In this document: positions 18,879 through 26,600 of the stretch, piece by piece | How positions within the stretch are numbered: position 1 is the first letter of the stretch | How the letters are laid out: each line of letters starts with the position of its first letter | Source of the DNA: Clostridia bacterium | Lineage (GTDB): Bacteria; Bacillota; Clostridia; Oscillospirales; Acutalibacteraceae | Direction of reading: 5' to 3' | DNA: 64,000 nucleotides | Assembly: GCA_017432485.1 (NCBI GenBank) | Contig: JAFRJB010000018.1 | Coordinates: 1,953-65,952, forward strand | Position numbers and translations under genes: made by a program | Notes under the pieces: generated by a model | Seen by the model: the letters and a program-made list of their open reading frames with translations, nothing else | What the model was told of the DNA's origin: nothing | The model's database searches: none

Positions 18879-19166
18879 ATGAGCGAAAAAAAGATGAACG
18901 GTGAGTATGAAATCATACAAACCTTAATTATCGGGGATGCGGTTTTAGCGTTAGGCCATAATCCCAACATCCCCGAAAACAATATGACAACGCCCTATGT
19001 CACATGGCAAGCAAACGAGGATTTAACTAACTTTTATTGGGGGCACTACCATAAGTCACTTTATGCTGCGCAGAGAGATTTGGTCAAGCGTGGCGTAGAA
19101 AAAGTACGGTTCTATGATAGACAGAACGGATTTACCAAAACCCATAAGGAGCGTGATGCACGATGA
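18879..19166 (+). CDS. hypothetical small protein, paralog 2
   Basis: MSEKKMNGEYEIIQTLIIGDAVLALG...LYAAQRDL. Ends in ERDAR. The stop overlaps the next start (ATGA). Confidence 0.65.
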   Translation: MSEKKMNGEYEIIQTLIIGDAVLALGHNPNIPENNMTTPYVTWQANEDLTNFYWGHYHKSLYAAQRDLVKRGVEKVRFYDRQNGFTKTHKERDAR

Positions 19167-19441
19167 ACAAATATATTTTCGGATACAAGATTATTCAGCG
19201 GCTTCCTATTCGGGATGTCACTTTTTTTATCGGTCGGAATAAAAGAGCGAAATCGCCGTATATTTCCTTCTTTATGCGAGAAGGAAACGATAACACAGCG
19301 AGGCTCAAATTCCACGACTCCTTGTATGATGCACAAAAGGAAATCGTTATCAATGCATACTGCGAAATCCCCATGATTGAACACTATATGGCAAAGGAGG
19401 CAGAGAAATATGCCAAACAATCCGACTGTCAACAAGTATAG
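19163..19441 (+). CDS. hypothetical small protein, paralog 3
   Basis: MNKYIFGYKIIQRLPIRDVTFFIG...LYDAQKEIV. Confidence 0.6.
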   Translation: MNKYIFGYKIIQRLPIRDVTFFIGRNKRAKSPYISFFMREGNDNTARLKFHDSLYDAQKEIVINAYCEIPMIEHYMAKEAEKYAKQSDCQQV

Positions 19442-19658
19442 ACTTCTTGAAAAACTCAAAAATGCCGGATATGCCGATGAAAAAAGTATTCTGAATATGG
19501 ACATAAGCATTATCGGTGTAAAAACCATTACACGGGTTGAACTCGAATATGTTTTAGAAATCCGAGAAGCAGTGCGCCAAAAAAGGATAATTGAGTATCT
19601 TGCAAGTCCGCATTTAAAACTTGATTCCCCGAAAGGAAGTGACAAGAATGGAACTTAA
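19410..19658 (+). CDS. hypothetical small protein
   Basis: AAGGAGG lies 8 nt before the ATG at 19410 (MPNNPTVNKYRLLEKLKNAGY...). The track ORF 19377 starts upstream without an RBS. Confidence 0.55.
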   Translation: MPNNPTVNKYRLLEKLKNAGYADEKSILNMDISIIGVKTITRVELEYVLEIREAVRQKRIIEYLASPHLKLDSPKGSDKNGT

Positions 19659-20598
19659 TTTGCGACCTATGGGCAAGAAAGAACAACTCTATGCCTACAC
19701 CCAATCACAAACTATCAGTTCTAAAACCGGTTACTTGGGTTACCTTCGTGGTGATTTCGGCAAAAGCGGAGAGGAGTATCACCCTACTTTTTTTGAGTAT
19801 GATGGCAGCAATGACAATGAACACTTCGTTATGATTTTCGGCGAGTTAATTGATGCGCTTCAAACCGACAAAAGACAATATCAACCGATGAGCAATCGCA
19901 ATAACATGAGAGCATTTTGTTCTTTTCAGCAAAAAGCCCTTATGCAAGGCAACTACGGTGAAGAATACGGCTTCCGAGTTGATGTTGAAGAATATGCTTT
20001 TCTCATCCGCTTTGAGCCGTATCAATTAGGTGATTATGATTTCTACATCTTTGCCTATGAAAAAGAGTACCTTGACCACCACATAAAAAAGGCATCCAAA
20101 GATATTCGTTTTATCACTCCCGACTACAAAACTATCTTTATGTTGGAGGACGGTGACAATATCAAAATCTTTCACAAAGATGGTAGTAGTGTCGTAAGAA
20201 ACTGTCGTTTCATTGATGAATATCACACTGAAATCGGTAATTGTATCTATCATATCTGTGAATTTGCAGAGATTTGTAAACGCGCAGAAAGTACCGTTAT
20301 CCCTTATCGCCAATCTCTTCCCGAGAAAGCATACACCTTTGACGAAGACAATAACAAAATCATCGAAATCATAAAAGGAAATGCTCAAAGCAAAATCATA
20401 CCTAATCCAAGTATATATTCGCCTTTAAACGAAGCATATACTAATAATTTAAACAAAGACTTGGGCGTGTCTAAAAAACAAATTGGTGCTATGATTGGCG
20501 GTTCTATTCACGGTTGGGACAGTAAACACGCTGATCCCCGCAACTACACGGACGAAGGGAAACTGATACAGCCGAAGAATCGTCAATGGGAAAGATAG
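19648..20598 (+). CDS. hypothetical protein (conjugative-element accessory)
   Basis: GAAAGGAAG precedes the ATG at 19648 (MELNLRPMGKKEQLYAYTQSQ). Ends in RQWER. No family recognised. Confidence 0.65.
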   Translation: MELNLRPMGKKEQLYAYTQSQTISSKTGYLGYLRGDFGKSGEEYHPTFFEYDGSNDNEHFVMIFGELIDALQTDKRQYQPMSNRNNMRAFCSFQQKALMQGNYGEEYGFRVDVEEYAFLIRFEPYQLGDYDFYIFAYEKEYLDHHIKKASKDIRFITPDYKTIFMLEDGDNIKIFHKDGSSVVRNCRFIDEYHTEIGNCIYHICEFAEICKRAESTVIPYRQSLPEKAYTFDEDNNKIIEIIKGNAQSKIIPNPSIYSPLNEAYTNNLNKDLGVSKKQIGAMIGGSIHGWDSKHADPRNYTDEGKLIQPKNRQWER

Positions 20599-20606
20599 GA
20601 GGTCTT

Positions 20607-23600
20607 ATGCCGAATAAATATGAGTTTATAAAAGCCACTTTCGATGAAACACTCAAAGAAATCATAAATTCATCCGAGAAGTGGCAATCCTTTTTAACAA
20701 CCGCTTGCAGAAACTTTAAACTTCCGTTTGAAGAGCAAGTGTTACTCTATGCACAAAGACCAGATGCCACCGCAGTCCTCCCCTTTGACACTTGGAATAA
20801 ACGCTTCGGTAGAAGAATCAAAACAGGCGCTTCCGGCATAGCGGTCATTCAAGACCTTGCCGGTCAAAACCAAAGACTGAAATATTACTTTGATATTTCC
20901 GACACAAGACAAACCGAGTTTTCCAAGCCTGTTCCTCTTTGGATTTATCGGGACGAATATGCCGATGATGTTGTCGAAATGCTTGAAGACACCTATGGTG
21001 AACTCTCCAAAAAGTTTGACATTGCAAATGCTGTCATTTCCGCGGCCGAAAATATGGCAGCGGATAATCTTCCCGATTACAAAAGTGACTTGATAAGATA
21101 TTCCAAACAAGGCAGCTACCTTGAAGACCTTGACGATGATATCATTGAAAGCGAATTCAGAATGCTTGTAGAAAAAAGCGTTGCCTTTATGATACTCACA
21201 CGGCTTGGCATTGACGCTACCGAATATTTTGCGGACGAGGATTTTCAATCTGTCTTTGATTATAATACTCCCGATGCCTTATCGGTTCTCGGTACTGCAA
21301 CAAGTGATATTGCAAAAATGGGGCTGTCCGAAATAGGAAGAACCGTATTTTCTCTTGCAAAACAAAATCGCACATTTGCGCAACAAAAGCAAAGCGAATA
21401 TACTAAAGCCGATAAAGAAAACGAAAGGAGTGTTCACAATGACACAAGTACAATACACAACCGTGAACGGGATGAAACTTCCGAACCTCGTTCTCCCGCA
21501 GGACAAGCAGATACATTTTGGTCGGTACGCCGAAATGCACAGACAGTTTCTCAAGGAGAACCACAAACCGTATTACACGAGCCTGAAGATGCAGTGCAAG
21601 CTCGACAGCCATCTGGGCGAGATTCAGACGAGAGCGACCGAGATGGAAAGCCGCCTGATGAAACAGATGGCGAAAAAAGAGGGCTTGACGGAAGCACTCA
21701 AGGCACAGAACATGATGGCTTGGGTGCAAGGGATGAACAATCTCAAGAGTCGAGTGCAGGAAATCGTGCTGACGGAAGTAGTTTATCAGAGGTAAGCGAT
21801 GAGCTGCCGCCCTTCGTTGATGAAGAAGTGATACTCGGCATTCTTGCCAACAAGGATAACGACCTTGTTCAAGACAAATCGACTATTGCAGAATTCTTCA
21901 AGGCAAATCCCGATAATGAGCGGCAAGCCGAGTTTCTCAAATCTATCTATCCTGTTCGCTATACCGAATTGGATATAGGCAACCAAAGAGTCGGGTACTA
22001 CCCGACAGCAGACGGACTTCTTTTGTGGGAAGGTCACTACCTCTCACGCACAAAGGAGTCCGTTTTTTCTTGGAGTTTAGTCGCCGAGCTGACAGACAAC
22101 CTTATAAGACAAGGCAAGTATATCGAAAACCAATCCCCGCAAATCAACCTCTTTGACTTTGCAGATTCCATTCCTATGGAACAAAGCTTTGACGAACCGG
22201 AACAAACTTCCCTGTTATTTGATTTTACCTTACCGCAGCAGATTATTGATGAAGCCCTTTGCATCGGTTCAAACGAGACTAACAGCAAGTTGGATATCGT
22301 GATGTTTTTCCGTAGAGACAGAGGAAACGAGTATAATGCAAAGTTTTTAAAAACGCACTACGGAACTAACGGTGCCGGTTTTTATTTTCAAGGTGAACCG
22401 ATTGCCGTTTGGTATAACCAAGATGGGATGTATATCTCCAGAGGAAAGTCGGCGCAGAAATCTACCGCTACTCATCTGTCGTGGGAGCAAGTCGCCAACA
22501 GAATTGGCGAGCTACTTGATATGGGCAGGTACCTACCGCAATATCAGTTGGACAAAGTCGATGATAGAGAACTGACTTTTTTAGCAGAACGCATCACAAT
22601 GTTCTACCGTGATATGACGGAAATCGACAGAGAACGCTGTTTCCCGTCACTCATAGAACCGTTAAAAGAAAAATACGGCTATCCCGATGAATTAGAAGTA
22701 GTCAAAAACCTGCTTTCAAATCCCGATACTTTTGAAGATTTAGATAATGACTATATCGAGTTTATGGATAACCGTCGCAGAGGGAGCCTTCAAAGTGCTT
22801 TAAAGTATTCTTTTCGGTATTCTCCCGAATACATCTATGAGATTATGAAAGGAGTGTCTCTTGAAAAAAAGGACTATATCGCCGAAGCGGGATATAACCC
22901 CGAAAGAGAGTATTTCATTTCAGACGATGAAATCGACAAACTGCTTATTTCCGGCACAATGGTCAGCGGAGGGAAACAACGAGTTGTATCCTTTTTTCAA
23001 GAAAATACCGATGTACAAAAAAGAGCACAAATGCTGAAAAATGAATATGGTTTAAGCGGCTTCGGTTCGGGTAATGACAATGCAAACTTTGATGGTAAAG
23101 GCTTCTATTTCAGTCACGGTTCCATTATGGAGCCATATGCTAAAGTCCTTTTGCCTTGGACAGATATTGCAAAAAGAGTTGACCGACTGATTAAGGCGGG
23201 CAAATATCTCCCTGCAAATGAAATCGAAAAAGGCAATGAGGATAAATCGGAGCCACAAAAAGACACGACACAGAAACTCAACAATGATCAAATCCAAGAA
23301 CTCGGTGCACTCGATAACTTGTTTCACGCTTGCAAAATGAATGATATTACTGTCGAATTTGATGGTAGTACGCTGATAGCATATGATGATGACAATGTCT
23401 GGAAAGATGCAGAAGTTTATGACTTTATTCTTAATGAGGTACTCGCCTTTGATGTAAACGGCTTGCTTGTTGAAGGCTTAAGCATGGACAGCGACATCGT
23501 TACAGAAATCGTCAAATATGCTGCAAAATACAATGTTAAACCTGCTTTTGCTGATGAAGTGCCTGAGTTTATCCAAAGCTATGCGGGACTAAAAGCACAG

Positions 23601-26600
23601 TATCCCAATACCATTTTGTTTGTCAGGGTTGGAGATTTTTATGAAGCCCTTGATGAAGACGCTAAAAATGTAGCCAAAGAACTCGACCTTGTATTGACCG
23701 GTAGAACGATAAACACGGAAACCGGGGAACGCATCCCGATGTGCGGTGTTCCTGTTCATAACATCGACCTGTATATTTCACAGCTTGTTGCAAAGGGCTA
23801 CACTGTCGCGCTCGCTGAGCAAGAAGATGTAAAGCGGGTAGTCGCACCTGGCAAAACAGAAAAAACCGTTGAAGAAGTTGAACAAACTTCTCTTGCTTCT
23901 CGCTTGGTTTCGTTTGCGAAAGATTATGACTTTTATGATTACCAAGATAACCTTGAAATCGATGAAACCGATGAGGATGCAGAAGCGAAAATGCAGAAGA
24001 ATCTGCAAGAAAAAGCCTTTTGCGAGTCCCTAATCAGTTTTCTATCGGACAGAGCTGCCGAAATCAGCATTGATGCACACGAAGCGGGAAATGATGAAAC
24101 GGAAAGGTTAAAAACTTTACAAACCTTGCTGTATGACTTAACTGCTCATACGAATGCCTTACCCGCACAAGAAACAGCACCCGAACAAGACTATACAGAT
24201 TTAATCGGCGAGGAGATTGTCCTTGATGGTATGCACTTTGTTGTCGAATCGGTCAATGGCAATTATGTATCGATGCGAGACAAGACATTCGCCGAGAATA
24301 ACGGGTTTCCAATCTTTCGCAGAGAGCATATAGAAAGTATTTTACCTTTACTTCAAAAGGGAGAAAAGCCGCCCGAAGAAATCCTCCCTGCGCCGCAAAA
24401 AATACACACGAGAGTAAACGAATTCGATTTGCATCCCGAAGTGCCGCCGGAACAGCGGCATAATTTTGATTTTTCACAAAAGGAAATCGAAACTGTCGGC
24501 AAAAAAGAGCGTTTTCGTCGCAATATTGCAGCTATCAATGTGCTCAAAGAGTGCGAGTTTGATAATCGCTTTGCCACACCCGAAGAACAAGAGGTACTTT
24601 CACAGTATGTCGGCTGGGGCGGTATTCCCGAAGCGTTTGATGAAAACAATTCCGCTTGGGCTGATGAATACAAAGAGTTAATTATCACCCTTTCCCCCGA
24701 TGAATATGAAGCGGCAAAAGAAAGCACCCTAACCGCCTTCTACACACCCCAACCTGTAATCGCAGCAATCTATTCTTCTTTGCAAAGTATGGGCTTCAAA
24801 CAAGGCAATATTTTGGAACCTTCGTGCGGTATCGGCAACTTCATCGGTATGCTGCCGAAGGAGTTACAAGACAGCAAAATGTATGGCGTAGAAATCGACA
24901 GCATTTCTGCACAGATAGCCCAACAGTTATATCAAAAATCATCTGTAATGGCTTCACCCTTTGAAAAAACCAATCTGCCCGATTCTTTCTTTGATGTCGT
25001 GGTCGGTAATGTGCCTTTCGGCGATTTCAAAGTCGCCGACAAACGGTACGATAAACACAACTTCCTTATTCACGACTACTTCTTTGCAAAGTCCATTGAT
25101 AAAGTCCGTGCCGGCGGTCTTTTGTTTTTGGTTACTTCCAAAGGCACGATGGATAAAGAAAACTCGGCGGTGCGCAGATATATTGCGCAGCGAGCGGAGC
25201 TTCTCGGAGCCATTCGCCTGCCGAACGATACATTTGGCGGCAATGCAGGAACCGATGTCACATCGGATATTCTTGTATTGAAAAAGCGTGACCGATTGGT
25301 CAATGAGGAACCGGACTGGCTGATGCTTGACAGCAGTGAAGACGGTATTCGGTTGAACAAATACTTTGTCGAGCATCCCGAAATGATACTCGGCAATATG
25401 GTGATGAAATCGGGCAGGTTCGGTCCCGAAAGCACATGCGAGCCATTCGATGACAGAACACTTGAAGAACAGCTTGAACAGGCGTTTTCCAATATCAGCA
25501 CAGAGTACACCGAAGTCACTCTTGATGATGATTTGGAAGAAGATGTGGCATATATCCCCGCAGACCCGACAGTTAAAAACTTTTCTTTTACTTTGGTTGA
25601 CGGAACTATTTATTTCCGCGAAAATTCCATAATGAAGGAAGTAAAAACTTCAGCAACAGGTGAAAACCGCATTAAAGGATTACTTCAAATCCGCGAGAGT
25701 GTACGCAAGCTCATTGAACTGCAAACCGATGACTTTCCTGAAAGCGAAATCTTGGCAGAACAAAAGCATTTAAACGAAGTTTATGATGCCTTTACCAAAA
25801 AGTATGGTCTTATCAATAGTCGTGCCAACCGCATGGTGTTCTCTGATGACAACTCATATTATCTGCTTTCCGCATTGGAGGTGCTTGACGAAGAAGGCAA
25901 CCTTGAACGAAAAGCGGATATGTTCTCAAAGAGAACTATTAAACCGCATATTCCCGTAACAAGTGTTGACACATCTATGGAAGCTCTCGCCGTATCTATG
26001 GGCGAAAAAGCAAAGCCCGATATGGAATATATGATGCAGCTCACGGGCAAATCGGAAGAAGAAATCTATTCTGATTTAGTCGGTGTTATCTTTCTTAATC
26101 CTATGTACTCGGAAGATAGACCATCCGAAAACAAATACTTACCTGCCGATGAATACCTTTCGGGAAATGTTCGTGCCAAATTGCGAGCCGCTGAAAACTT
26201 GGCAAAGGTTAATCCTGAATTTCAAGTTAATGCGGAAGCACTTGAAAAAGTGCAACCAAAAGATTTAAGTGCAAGTGAGATTGATGTGCGTTTAGGTGCC
26301 ACTTGGTTACCGCCCGATGTTGTACAGAAGTTTATCTATGAGTTTTTGGATACCCCCTACTATTCCAGATACAAAATTAAAGTGAACTTTTCGCCGCATA
26401 CAGGTGAATGGAACATCACTGGCAAATCAAGTGACTACGGGAATGTTAAAGCAAACAGCACCTATGGCACAACACGCATCAATGCCTACAAAATCATCGA
26501 ACAAACTCTTAACCTTAAAAATGTGCGCATCTTTGATTATGTGGAAGATGCCGATGGCAAACGAACTGCCGTGCTCAATAAAAAGGAAACGGCTATCGCG

